Shown here in pieces: positions 17,559 to 26,751 of a stretch of DNA of 64,000 nt. How positions within the stretch are numbered: the first letter of the stretch is position 1; each line of letters opens with the position of its first letter. Under the pieces are notes generated by a model. That model was not told the DNA's origin and ran no database searches. It worked only from the letters and a program-made list of their open reading frames with translations. The translations under genes and the position numbers were made by a program. Source of the DNA: Actinomycetales bacterium (GTDB lineage: Bacteria; Actinomycetota; Actinomycetes; Actinomycetales; Quadrisphaeraceae); assembly GCA_022701985.1 (NCBI GenBank), contig JAKONK010000053.1, positions 1,320-65,319 on the forward strand. Direction: 5' to 3'.

Positions 17559-20096
17559 TCAGCGGGTGGGGCGCTCCGCGGGCTCGCGCTCGGCCGACGC
17601 CTCGGTGGTCGGCTCGGTGGTCGGCTCGGTGGTCGGCTCGGTGGACGGCTCGGTGGACGCCCCGGTGGTCGGCTCGACGGCGTCGCCGTCGCCGTCGTCG
17701 TCCAGGTCGTCGTCGAGGTCGTCGTCCTCGTCCTCGTCGAGGGCGCTGGTGCGGCGGGCCGAGACGACCACCGCGATGACGATGACCAGCAGCGCCGCAC
17801 CGGCGATGCCCAGGCGCACCGGGGTGCTGGCGCCGTCGCCGATGGTGAGGGTCACGATCGCCGGGACCACGAGGATCGCCACCAGGTTCATCACCTTGAG
17901 CAGCGGGTTGATGGCCGGGCCGGCGGTGTCCTTGAACGGGTCGCCGACGGTGTCGCCGATGACCGTGGCGGCGTGGGCCTCCGAGCCCTTGCCGCCGTGG
18001 CTGCCGTCCTCGACCAGCTTCTTGGCGTTGTCCCACGCCCCGCCGGCGTTGGCCAGGAAGACCGCCATGAGGCAGCCGGTGCCGATGGCACCGGCGAGGA
18101 AGCCCACCAGGGCGGAGACGCCGAGGCCGAAGCCGACCACGACGGGCGCGAGGACCGCGAGCAGCCCGGGGGTGGCCAGCTCGCGCAGCGAGTCGCGGGT
18201 GCAGATGTCGACGACGCGGCCGTACTCCGGCTTCTCCGTGCCGTCCATGATCCCGGGCTTCTCGCGGAACTGGCGGCGCACCTCGAAGACGATGGCGCCG
18301 GCGGCGCGGGTGACCGCGTCGATGGCCAGGCCCGAGAACAGGAAGACCACCGCGGCGCCGACCAGCAGGCCCACCAGCACCGAGGGCACCGAGACCAGCC
18401 CGAGCGCCACCGCGACGTCGAGGTTGTTGCGGGAGGGGACCAGGCCCAGGGAGAGGATGTCGTAGTACGAGGGCTGGTTGGCCTGGGTCAGGGTGGTGGC
18501 GGCGTTGTTCAGCGCCGTCCCGAAGCTGTCGGCGAGGGAGCCGAACAGGGCCGTCGCGGCGAGCACCGCCGTCGCGATCGCGATGCCCTTGGTGATCGCC
18601 TTGGTGGTGTTGCCCACCGCGTCGAGGTCGGTGAGCGTGCGGGCGGCCTCCTCGTCGACGTCGCCGGACATCTCGGCGATGCCCTGGGCGTTGTCGCTGA
18701 CGGGGCCGAACGTGTCCATGGCCACGATGACGCCCACCGTGGTCAGCAGGCCGGTGCCGGCCAGCGCCACGAGGAACAGCGAGAGCGCGACGGCGCCGCC
18801 GGCCAGCAGGAAGCACAGCAGGACGGCGGTGCCGATGATCAGCGTGGTGTAGACGGCCGAGGTGAGGCCCAGCCCGATGCCCGAGAGCACCACGGTGGCC
18901 GGGCCGGTCAGCGACGTGCGCGCCACCGCCCGGGTCGGCTTCGACTCGGTGCCCGTGTAGTAGCCGGTGATCCACAGGATGACGACGGCCAGCAGGATCC
19001 CGACGATCACGGCGGCGGAGGCGAGGAAGCGGGGGTCGCCCGCGCTCTGCGCCGCGGCGAGGCCGGGGAGGTCGGCGAAGCTGGCGGGCAGGTAGAGGAA
19101 CGCCACGACCGTGCTGCCGACGGCGGAGACGACGGCCGAGATGTAGAAGCCGCGCTGGATGGCGGTCAGGCCGCTCTCGGTGCCGCGGGTGCGGGTGAGC
19201 AGGATGCCCAGGACCGCGGTGAGGGCACCGACGGCGGGCACGAGCAGCGGGAAGACCAGACCGGCGTCGCCGAAGGCGGCCCGGCCCAGGATCAGCGCGG
19301 CCACCAGGGTCACGGCGTACGACTCGAACAGGTCGGCGGCCATGCCGGCGCAGTCGCCGACGTTGTCACCGACGTTGTCGGCGATGGTGGCGGCGTTGCG
19401 CGGGTCGTCCTCGGGGATGCCCTGCTCGACCTTGCCGACGAGGTCGGCGCCGACGTCGGCGGCCTTGGTGAAGATGCCGCCGCCGACGCGCATGAACATC
19501 GCCACGAGCGCGGCCCCGAAGCCGAAGCCCTCCAGCATCGTGGGGGCGTCGGCCTTGAAGAGGAGCACCACCAGGGCGGAGCCGAGCAGGCCGAGACCGA
19601 CGGTGGCCATGCCGACGGTGCCGCCGGTGCGGATGGCGAGGCGGAAGCCCGCCGCGCGGCCCTCGGGGTCGCGCGAGGCCGCGGCCACGCGCACGTTGGC
19701 GCGCACCGCCAGGGACATGCCGAGGTAGCCCACCGCGGCGGAGAAGAGCGCTCCGACCAGGAACAGGACGGCGCGCCCGATGCGCACCTCCGCGTCGCCG
19801 GGCAGCAGGAAGAGCAGCGCCACGACCGGCAGGGCGAAGACCGCCAGCGTGCGGAACTGGCGCCGCAGGTAGGCGCTCGCGCCCTCCTGGACCGCCGAGG
19901 CGATCTCCTGCATGCGCTCGGTGCCGGTGCCGGCGGCGAGCACCTGGCGGCGGAAGACGAAGGCCGTCGCCAGCCCGAGGGCGGCGACCACCGCCACCCC
20001 GATGACGATCCACTGGTCACGACCGGTCACGGCCGTGCTGGCGGTGGTGGCGCTGCCGGCCGCAGCCAGCACGGTCCCGCTCGTCAGCCCGAGCAT
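17559..20096 (-). CDS. hppA: Membrane-bound ion-translocating pyrophosphatase (K+-independent type)
   Basis: DVGADLVGKVE, EDDPRN, DNVGDNVGD, GDTVGDPFKD; GNTTKA has the Lys of K+-independent enzymes. Confidence 0.96.
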   Translation of the reverse strand: MLGLTSGTVLAAAGSATTASTAVTGRDQWIVIGVAVVAALGLATAFVFRRQVLAAGTGTERMQEIASAVQEGASAYLRRQFRTLAVFALPVVALLFLLPGDAEVRIGRAVLFLVGALFSAAVGYLGMSLAVRANVRVAAASRDPEGRAAGFRLAIRTGGTVGMATVGLGLLGSALVVLLFKADAPTMLEGFGFGAALVAMFMRVGGGIFTKAADVGADLVGKVEQGIPEDDPRNAATIADNVGDNVGDCAGMAADLFESYAVTLVAALILGRAAFGDAGLVFPLLVPAVGALTAVLGILLTRTRGTESGLTAIQRGFYISAVVSAVGSTVVAFLYLPASFADLPGLAAAQSAGDPRFLASAAVIVGILLAVVILWITGYYTGTESKPTRAVARTSLTGPATVVLSGIGLGLTSAVYTTLIIGTAVLLCFLLAGGAVALSLFLVALAGTGLLTTVGVIVAMDTFGPVSDNAQGIAEMSGDVDEEAARTLTDLDAVGNTTKAITKGIAIATAVLAATALFGSLADSFGTALNNAATTLTQANQPSYYDILSLGLVPSRNNLDVAVALGLVSVPSVLVGLLVGAAVVFLFSGLAIDAVTRAAGAIVFEVRRQFREKPGIMDGTEKPEYGRVVDICTRDSLRELATPGLLAVLAPVVVGFGLGVSALVGFLAGAIGTGCLMAVFLANAGGAWDNAKKLVEDGSHGGKGSEAHAATVIGDTVGDPFKDTAGPAINPLLKVMNLVAILVVPAIVTLTIGDGASTPVRLGIAGAALLVIVIAVVVSARRTSALDEDEDDDLDDDLDDDGDGDAVEPTTGASTEPSTEPTTEPTTEPTTEASAEREPAERPTR
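17601..17676. repeat. 12-bp tandem repeat (CTCGGTGGTCGG, about 6 copies) encoding EPTT/EPST in the HppA tail
   Basis: Direct reading of the sequence. Confidence 0.85.
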
Positions 20097-20202
20097 CCGT
20101 CCTCCTCGACGAGGCTGGGGCGAGCCCCTCCTGGTGGCCTCGCGGCACCCGTCGGAGGGACAGAAGGTCGGCGTGAGACTACAAGGCGCTCCGCCGGGGG
20201 CG

Positions 20203-20643
20203 TCAGGACGCCGCGTCGGCGGGCAGGCCCCACGTCAGCCGGGTGGTGCCTCCCGGGCCACCGGGGCCCGCGGAGACGGAGACCTCGTCGGCGAGGCCCT
20301 CCATGAGCAGCATGGCGACCTCCTCGGACTCCACGCCGTCGTCACCGGCGCCGTCGACCACCTCGACGACGAGCACCCCCTCCGCCGCGGTCAGGACCAT
20401 CTGCACCAGCTCGGCGGTGCCCGCGGACTCGCTGCGCTGCACGGCGCGCCCGCAGGCCTCGCCCACGGCCAGGCGGACGCCCTCGACGTCGGTGGTGTCC
20501 AGGCCCGCCCGCCGCGACAGGGAGGTCGCCACGAGCCGCGCGGTGCGCACGTGCTCGGGCAGGGCCGTGAAGCGCAGCACGACCGGCCCCAGCGGCGCGG
20601 GGGCGCCGCCGGGGCCGGTCGGGTGCTGCAGAGGGGGAGCCAC
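20203..20643 (-). CDS. Anti-sigma factor / HATPase_c_2 protein (ApgA-like)
   Basis: PEHVRTARLVA and VRLAVGEAC; directly downstream of bldG. Confidence 0.8.
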   Translation of the reverse strand: MAPPLQHPTGPGGAPAPLGPVVLRFTALPEHVRTARLVATSLSRRAGLDTTDVEGVRLAVGEACGRAVQRSESAGTAELVQMVLTAAEGVLVVEVVDGAGDDGVESEEVAMLLMEGLADEVSVSAGPGGPGGTTRLTWGLPADAAS

Positions 20644-20645
20644 GG

Positions 20646-21002
20646 TCAGGAGGCGGACTCTCCGCTGGACGCGGCGACCGCGTCGTCGACGGTGCTGTGG
20701 ATCGGGAAGACCTTGGTCAGGCCGGTGATGCGGAAGACCTTGAGGATCTTCTCCTGGGTGCACACCAGGTGCAGCGAGCCGTCGTGGGAGCGCACGCGCT
20801 TGAGGCCGCCGACGAGGACGCCGAGGCCGGTCGAGTCGAGGAAGTCGACCTTCTCCATGTCGACGACCAGGTGGTGGCGGCCCTCGCCGACGAGGTCGTT
20901 CAGGCGCTCGCGCAGGACGGGGGCGGTGTAGACGTCGATCTCGCCGCCGACCTCGACGACGGTCCGGCCGCCCTGCTCGCGGCTGGTCACGGACAGGTCC
21001 AC
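20646..21002 (-). CDS. bldG: Anti-sigma-factor antagonist (STAS), BldG/RsbV-like
   Basis: [18 protein letters not shown] (phospho-Ser), FRITGL. Confidence 0.93.
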   Translation of the reverse strand: MDLSVTSREQGGRTVVEVGGEIDVYTAPVLRERLNDLVGEGRHHLVVDMEKVDFLDSTGLGVLVGGLKRVRSHDGSLHLVCTQEKILKVFRITGLTKVFPIHSTVDDAVAASSGESAS

Positions 21003-21143
21003 GGTGGCTCCTCGGGGTCGGGCTGGAACTCGGTCGGGTGATCGGGCTCGCGGCGGCGCCGGCGCTGGCGACAGCGGGCCCCTGCCGGGAAGTCAACCAC
21101 CCGCACCCGACGTCGGCCACGCGCGGTGGTCATCCCGCGGTCC

Positions 21144-21183
21144 TCCGGCGGCCGTCCGGCGGCCGTCCGGCGGCCGTCCGGCG
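21144..21183. repeat. 11-bp tandem repeat (TCCGGCGGCCG x3.6)
   Basis: Lies in the bldG/helicase divergent intergenic region. Confidence 0.85.
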
Positions 21184-21216
21184 CCGCCCGCCCGGCGGGT
21201 GGGCGACCATGGGGGC

Positions 21217-23700
21217 GTGGCGACCACGGGCGGTGAGGCGGACCTCTCCGGCGCGGTCGAGCACCTGCTCGCCGCCCCCGGTCGCCGCGAGCGCGTGCTG
21301 CACGAGCACCTCGTGCCGGCCCGCCGGGGCACCACCGCCCCGTGGCCCTCGTGGGTCGACCCCGCGCTGCGGGCCGCCCTCGGCGAGCGCGGCGTCCACG
21401 AGCTCTGGCAGCACCAGGCGGTGGCCGCCGAGGCGGTGCGCGCCGGGCGCCACGTGGTGGTCGCCACCGGGACGGCGTCGGGCAAGTCGCTGGCGTACCT
21501 GCTGCCCGCCCTGACGGCCGTCGCCGAGGGGGCGGGCGAGCCCGGCGGTCGCGGCGCGACGGCGCTGTACCTCTCCCCCACCAAGGCCCTCGCCGCCGAC
21601 CAGCTGGCCTCGGTGCGGGCGCTGGGGGTGCCCGGGGTCCGGGCGGCCACCTACGACGGCGACCTGCCCTCCGAGGAGCGCCGGTGGGTGCGCGAGCACG
21701 CCAACTACGTGCTCACCAACCCCGACATGCTCCACCGCTCGCTGCTGCCCGGGCACGGCCGCTGGCAGCGGTTCCTGCGGGCGCTGCGCGTGGTGGTCGT
21801 CGACGAGTGCCACCGCTACCGGGGGCTGTTCGGGTCGCACGTCGCGGCGGTCCTGCGGCGGCTGCGGCGGCTGGCGGTGGCCGCCGGCGGACCGGGGCCG
21901 GTCTTCGTGCTGGCCTCCGCCACCGCCGCCGACCCCGCCACCACCGCCTCCCGGCTGCTCGGCGTGCCCGCCTCCGACGTGCTCGCCGTCACCGACGACA
22001 CGGCCCGGCGCGGCGCCACCCGGTTCTGGATGTGGGAGCCGCCGCTCCTGCCGGGCACCGGGGAGAACGGCGCCCCCACCCGCCGTCCCGCCCCCGCGGA
22101 GACCGCCGAGCTGCTCACCGACCTGGTCGCCTCGGGGGTGCGCACGGTCGCCTTCGTGCGCTCGCGCCGCGGCGCCGAGGCCGTCGCCGTCGCCGCGCGC
22201 CGCGCGCTGGCCGAGGTCGACCCCGACCTGCCGCGCCGCGTGGCCGCCTACCGCTCGGGCTTCCTGCCCGAGGAGCGGCGCGCCCTGGAGCAGCGGCTGC
22301 GCTCGGGCGACCTGCTCGGCGTCGCCTCCACCAGCGCCCTCGAGCTCGGCGTCGACGTCTCGGGCCTCGACGCCGTCGTCATCACCGGGTGGCCCGGCAC
22401 GCGCTCGGCGCTGTGGCAGCAGGCCGGACGCGCCGGACGCTCGGGCACCGACGCGCTCGCCGTCCTGGTGGCCGACGACGACCCGCTGGACACCTACGTG
22501 GTCCACCACCCCGAGGCGGTGCTGGGGGCCCCGGTCGAGCAGACCGTGCTCGACCCGGACAACCCGTACGTCCTCGGGCCCCACCTGTGCGCCGCCGCCG
22601 CGGAGCGGCCCCTGGTCCGCGACGACCTCGCCCTCTTCGGCCCGTCAGCGGAGCCGGTGCTGCGCCACCTCGTGGCGGGCGGCCTGCTGCGCGCGCGCCC
22701 CGGCGGGTGGTTCTGGACGTCGCGCCAGCGCGCGACCGACCTCGCCGACCTGCGCGGCACCGGCGGCGAGCCCGTGCGCCTGGTCGAGAGCTCCACCGGC
22801 CGCGTCCTCGGCAGCGTCGACGCCGCCTCCGCCCACCACGCCGTGCACCCGGGCGCGGTCTACCTGCACCAGGGCGAGACGCACGTGGTCGAGGAGCTCG
22901 ACGAGGAGGGCTCGGTCGCGCTGGTCCGCCGCGAGGACGTCGAGCACACCACCTCGGCGCGCACGACGACGGAGGTGCGGATCCTGGCCGAGGCCCGCTC
23001 GCGCGACTGGGGACCCGTGCGCCTGAGCACGGGCACGGTCGAGGTGACCTCCCAGGTCACCTCCTACCTGCGCCGGCGGGCGGCCACGGGCCAGGTGCTG
23101 GGCGAGGAGCCGTTGGACCTGCCCGAGCGGGTGCTGCGCACGAGCGCCGTGTGGTGGACGGTGCCGCCCGACCTCCTCGAGGCCGCCGGGGTCGCCCCCG
23201 CCGACGTGCCGGGGGCGGCCCACGCCGCCGAGCACGCCGCGATCGGCCTCCTGCCGCTGGTCGCCACCTGCGACCGCTGGGACGTGGGCGGCGTCTCCAC
23301 GGCCCTGCACCCCGACACCGGCCTGCCCACCGTGGTGGTGCACGACGCCGCCGCGGGCGGCGCGGGCTTCGCCGAGCGGGGCTTCAGCGCGGCGCGGACG
23401 TGGCTGCGCGCCACGGCCGACCTGGTCGCCGAGTGCGAGTGCGCCACCGGCTGCCCCTCGTGCGTGCAGTCGCCGAAGTGCGGCAACGGCAACGAGCCGC
23501 TCGACAAGGCCGGGGCCCTGGCGGTGCTCGAGCTGGTGCTCGCGCAGGCGGACGACGACGGCGGCCCGACCGGCCGGGAGTCCTCCGGCGCGCCGGGGGC
23601 GGGCGTCGTCGTCGACCTCAGGGACGGCGCGGCGGGCGACCCGCCGGGGGTTGCGCCGGACGCGCTGCGCCAGCGCGCCGAGCGGGCCCCCCGGCGCTAG
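21217..23700 (+). CDS. DEAD/DEAH helicase with DUF1998 (SftH/MrfA-like)
   Basis: TASGKS, PTKALAADQ, DECH, QQAGRAGR and a C-terminal Cys cluster; start reset to GTG 21217. Confidence 0.92.
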   Translation: MATTGGEADLSGAVEHLLAAPGRRERVLHEHLVPARRGTTAPWPSWVDPALRAALGERGVHELWQHQAVAAEAVRAGRHVVVATGTASGKSLAYLLPALTAVAEGAGEPGGRGATALYLSPTKALAADQLASVRALGVPGVRAATYDGDLPSEERRWVREHANYVLTNPDMLHRSLLPGHGRWQRFLRALRVVVVDECHRYRGLFGSHVAAVLRRLRRLAVAAGGPGPVFVLASATAADPATTASRLLGVPASDVLAVTDDTARRGATRFWMWEPPLLPGTGENGAPTRRPAPAETAELLTDLVASGVRTVAFVRSRRGAEAVAVAARRALAEVDPDLPRRVAAYRSGFLPEERRALEQRLRSGDLLGVASTSALELGVDVSGLDAVVITGWPGTRSALWQQAGRAGRSGTDALAVLVADDDPLDTYVVHHPEAVLGAPVEQTVLDPDNPYVLGPHLCAAAAERPLVRDDLALFGPSAEPVLRHLVAGGLLRARPGGWFWTSRQRATDLADLRGTGGEPVRLVESSTGRVLGSVDAASAHHAVHPGAVYLHQGETHVVEELDEEGSVALVRREDVEHTTSARTTTEVRILAEARSRDWGPVRLSTGTVEVTSQVTSYLRRRAATGQVLGEEPLDLPERVLRTSAVWWTVPPDLLEAAGVAPADVPGAAHAAEHAAIGLLPLVATCDRWDVGGVSTALHPDTGLPTVVVHDAAAGGAGFAERGFSAARTWLRATADLVAECECATGCPSCVQSPKCGNGNEPLDKAGALAVLELVLAQADDDGGPTGRESSGAPGAGVVVDLRDGAAGDPPGVAPDALRQRAERAPRR

Positions 23701-23752
23701 CGTCCGAGCCCCGGCCGGCGGGCAGCGCCGGCCCGTCCCCTGGAGCGCTCTC

Positions 23753-24148
23753 GTGATCGTCCTCGCCGTGCTGCTGCTCCTCGTGGTGGCGCTCGTGGTC
23801 CTGTTCGTGGTCGTCACGGGCACCACCCCGACCGTCTCGCTGGAGTGGGCCCAGATCAACACCACCATCACCCTGACCGCGCTCGCGGTCTTCCTGCTCG
23901 GGGCGGCGTGCCTCCTCGTGGCGCAGCTGGGGCTGAGCATGCTCCTGCGCGGCAACCGCAAGAGCGCTGAGCGCCGCAAGGAGCTCAAGCACCTGCGCCG
24001 GGTCGAGGCCGAGCGCGCCCGCCACGGCGACGCGCCGACCGCCCCCTCCGGTGCTGCGGCTCCCGCCGAGCCCGCGCGCTCCGGGGGCGCCCCCGCCCAG
24101 GGGTCGCGGCCCGACACCGGCGGCAGGGCGGGCTCCAGCCGGTCCTGA
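23753..24148 (+). CDS. Small two-TM membrane protein (LapA-domain-like)
   Basis: Two hydrophobic helices followed by a basic coiled segment (RRKELKHLRR) and a Pro/Ala tail. Confidence 0.6.
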   Translation: MIVLAVLLLLVVALVVLFVVVTGTTPTVSLEWAQINTTITLTALAVFLLGAACLLVAQLGLSMLLRGNRKSAERRKELKHLRRVEAERARHGDAPTAPSGAAAPAEPARSGGAPAQGSRPDTGGRAGSSRS

Positions 24149-24153
24149 GCCCC

Positions 24154-24198
24154 GCTGCGGGTCCCGTCCGCGCCCGGCGCTCGGGCGGGACCCGCAGC
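24154..24198. terminator. Bidirectional hairpin between convergent genes
   Basis: Perfect 13-bp arms GCTGCGGGTCCCG / CGGGACCCGCAGC. Confidence 0.6.
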
Positions 24199-24579
24199 TC
24201 ACGGGACCGGGCCGGCGCGCGCCCGCGCGGTGGCGGGGCCGGTCAGCTCCCCCACCGCACCACCCGGCACGGCGGCGACCCGGACGTCGACCACCCCGCC
24301 CCCGGCGGGGGCGCAGCCCACCAGCTCGGTCCGAGCAGCCCGGGCAGCGGCGTCGGCTGCCGCACAGGGGTCCTGGCCGGTCGTGGCCGCCGCTGACGCG
24401 GCGAGGGCCGAGGCGTCAGCAGCCCCGGCCGCCCGCACCGCGGCCAGGGCCACCGAGGCGACGGCGGCCGACCCCGCCCCCAGGACGAGGGCTGCCGCCA
24501 CCACCGCGAGGACCAGCACGCTCCCCGACCCGCCGTCCCCGCGGGTCAGGGGTCCCGCACCCGCCCGGCGCGCGGTCAC
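24199..24579 (-). CDS. TadE-like pseudopilin (Rv3654c family)
   Basis: DGGSGSVLVL, AADASALAA and DPCAAA..C motifs. Confidence 0.82.
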   Translation of the reverse strand: MTARRAGAGPLTRGDGGSGSVLVLAVVAAALVLGAGSAAVASVALAAVRAAGAADASALAASAAATTGQDPCAAADAAARAARTELVGCAPAGGGVVDVRVAAVPGGAVGELTGPATARARAGPVP

Positions 24580-24962
24580 ACCCCGGCCACCGCCGGCTCG
24601 GCAGCGGCCTCGAGAGGGGCCACCGCCTCCCCGGAGACCTCGAGCCGGACGTCCAGCACCGGCACCTCCAGGGGCGCCGCGACCCGGACGCGCACCAGCC
24701 CCGACGCGTCGACGCGCTCGCTCCTGGCCCCCTCCCCGACGGCCGCGGCCACGCGCTGCTGCACGACGGCCGGGTCCTCACCGCGGGCGAGGGCCCGCGC
24801 GGCGGCCCCCGCGGCCAGCTGCACCCTCACCTGGGCCGTTCCCGCCGCGGCGAGCCACCCCGCAAGCAGCAGGACGACACCGACCACCACGAGCCCGACG
24901 GCGAGCTCGGCCGTGACCGCCCCGCGGTCGGCGCTGCTCCGGAGCGGGGCCGAGCGGGTCAC
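24576..24962 (-). CDS. TadE-family minor pilin
   Basis: DRGAVTAELA prepilin motif, AARALARG. Confidence 0.82.
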   Translation of the reverse strand: MTRSAPLRSSADRGAVTAELAVGLVVVGVVLLLAGWLAAAGTAQVRVQLAAGAAARALARGEDPAVVQQRVAAAVGEGARSERVDASGLVRVRVAAPLEVPVLDVRLEVSGEAVAPLEAAAEPAVAGV

Positions 24963-25189
24963 ACGAGGCTCAGCGCGCGCTGCACGAGGGCCAGCAGCAT
25001 CTCGCGCACCTCGCCGCTGGACAGGACCGCGAGCAGCAGCGCCGCGAATCCGCACGCCGCGAGCGTCGCGATGGCGTACTCGGCGGTGGCCATCCCCGCG
25101 TCGGCGGTGGGCCCGGCGGCGGCAGGGGTCCCAGCTGGTGCCTCGGCAGGGGTCTCGCGGGTGCGGCTGGTGTCGGTGGGGCTGGTCAC
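24959..25189 (-). CDS. Flp-like pilin (DUF4244)
   Basis: DAGMATAEYAIATLAA motif; GGAGG SD 6 nt upstream of GTG 25189. Confidence 0.85.
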   Translation of the reverse strand: MTSPTDTSRTRETPAEAPAGTPAAAGPTADAGMATAEYAIATLAACGFAALLLAVLSSGEVREMLLALVQRALSLV

Positions 25190-25272
25190 GGTGGGCCTCC
25201 GGTGGTCGTCCGTCCTGGTGCCGGCGGGTCGTCCCGCCGGCGGCCGCGGTGGGGTCCACCCGGCCTGGACCC

Positions 25273-25361
25273 ACCGTGGCCGCGTCGAGCGACCACGACC
25301 GGCGGGACGCCCTCCCCTGTGGACGGTGAGCGCGAGCGCACCGCCTGTGGGCGCAGCGGCG
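25273..25361 (-). promoter_or_regulatory. Tad element copy 1 plus putative -10 (flp pilin promoter)
   Basis: CCTGTGGAC (25316-24), N19, CCTGTGGGCGCAGCGGCG (25344-61); minus-strand CACGGT at 25273-78. Confidence 0.65.
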
Positions 25362-25364
25362 GGC

Positions 25365-25973
25365 TCACCCCGCGAGCAGGTCGCGCCCGAGCGAGATGAG
25401 CACGGGCACGACGGCGAGGGCCGCGAAGGCCGGCAGGGTGCACAGGCCCAGCGGGGCCACGACCCGCACGCCGAGGCGCGCCGCGGCCAGGGCGGCGGCG
25501 CGCCGCCGGCGACGGCGCAGCTCGTCGGCGGAGGAGCGCAGCAGCACCGCGACGGGCGCACCGGTCTGCTCCGCCAGCTGCAGGCACCGCTCCAGCGGGC
25601 CCCGCAGGGACGCGACGGCGTGCTCCGCGCCGCGGTCGAGGTGCCCCTCGCCGCCCGGGGGCCCCGGCGGCGAGGGGCGTGCCGGGGGCGCCGGGCGCTG
25701 GAGGCCCGCCCGCGCCAGGTGGTCGGCGACCGGTGACCCGGCCTCGCGCAGCACCCGCGCCACCGCCTCGACCGCCGAGGCCGGCGGGGCTCCCGCCTCC
25801 ACGACCGCGGCGACCAGGTCGAGCACGAGCGGGGCGTCCGGGAGGGGTGGCTGCAGGCAGCGGGCCCTGCCGGCGGCCCGTGCGCGAGCCGGCCGGGGGC
25901 GTCCGGGCGGCAGCACGACCGCCAGCGCCACGAGCACCGCTGCGGCCAGCGACGTCACCGCGGCCGCGCTCAC
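25365..25973 (-). CDS. TadC / type II secretion system F family protein
   Basis: LDLVAAVVEAGAP and VVAPLGLCTLPAF motifs. Confidence 0.8.
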   Translation of the reverse strand: MSAAAVTSLAAAVLVALAVVLPPGRPRPARARAAGRARCLQPPLPDAPLVLDLVAAVVEAGAPPASAVEAVARVLREAGSPVADHLARAGLQRPAPPARPSPPGPPGGEGHLDRGAEHAVASLRGPLERCLQLAEQTGAPVAVLLRSSADELRRRRRRAAALAAARLGVRVVAPLGLCTLPAFAALAVVPVLISLGRDLLAG

Positions 25974-26016
25974 CAGCCGCTCCCAGGAACCCCCACCGGA
26001 CCCTCCACCGGGGCGC

Positions 26017-26751
26017 TCACCGGGCGCGCTCCGCGGCGCGCACGAGCAGGGCCGTCCACGCCCAGCCCAGGGCGGTGGCGGTCAGGCCGACCGCAGCGCA
26101 CCACCGCCCGGGCGCCGTGCCGAGGAGCACGGCGACGGGGTCGGCGCCGACCAGCACGCCCAGCAGCACCCCGGCCAGGGGCAGGACGGCGAGGAGCCGG
26201 GCGGTGGCGCGCGGACCGGCGAGCGCCGCGTCGCGGGCGTCCCGGGCGCTCGCGTCGTCGAGGAGCGAGGTGACGAGCCGGTCGAGGACCGCCGCGGCCG
26301 GGGCCCCGGTGGTCTCGCTGGTGCGCCACGCGAGCGCGAGGGAGTCGAGGGCAGCCGCGGCCCGGGGCGGTCGCGAGCCCGAGCGGAGCTCGGCCACCAG
26401 GTCCTCGCCCCTCACCGCGGCCCGGGCCGCGCGGTCGAGGACCCCGCCCAGCGGAGCGGGGCCGGCCGCCGGGTCCCAGCGCTGCGGCGCCCAGGCGGCC
26501 GGCGGCGGCGCGCCCGCGCGCAGGAGTGCCGCCACCTCGGCGGCCGCACGCGCGACGACGACCCCGGCCGGCTCAGCGGTCCCGGCGGCCCCGGCGCGGA
26601 GGGCGGTGCGCCACCGCGCGAGCGCCGGAGGACCCGCCCCGGCGCGCCGTCCGCGCCCCCGGGCGGCCCCGGGAGAGGCGACCGGCCCCAGGAGGAGCCA
26701 CGCCGCCAGCCCCGCGGCGCAACCCGCCGCTGCGGGCAGCACGCCGCTCAC
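26017..26751 (-). CDS. TadB / type II secretion system F family protein
   Basis: AALLRAGA, TGAPAAAVL, AGPRATARLLAVLP; start overlaps the tadA stop. Confidence 0.8.
   Translation of the reverse strand: MSGVLPAAAGCAAGLAAWLLLGPVASPGAARGRGRRAGAGPPALARWRTALRAGAAGTAEPAGVVVARAAAEVAALLRAGAPPPAAWAPQRWDPAAGPAPLGGVLDRAARAAVRGEDLVAELRSGSRPPRAAAALDSLALAWRTSETTGAPAAAVLDRLVTSLLDDASARDARDAALAGPRATARLLAVLPLAGVLLGVLVGADPVAVLLGTAPGRWCAAVGLTATALGWAWTALLVRAAERAR

Noticed and set aside
16215-20306. 1363-aa plus-strand ORF
   Set aside because: Antisense shadow of hppA and the methyltransferase
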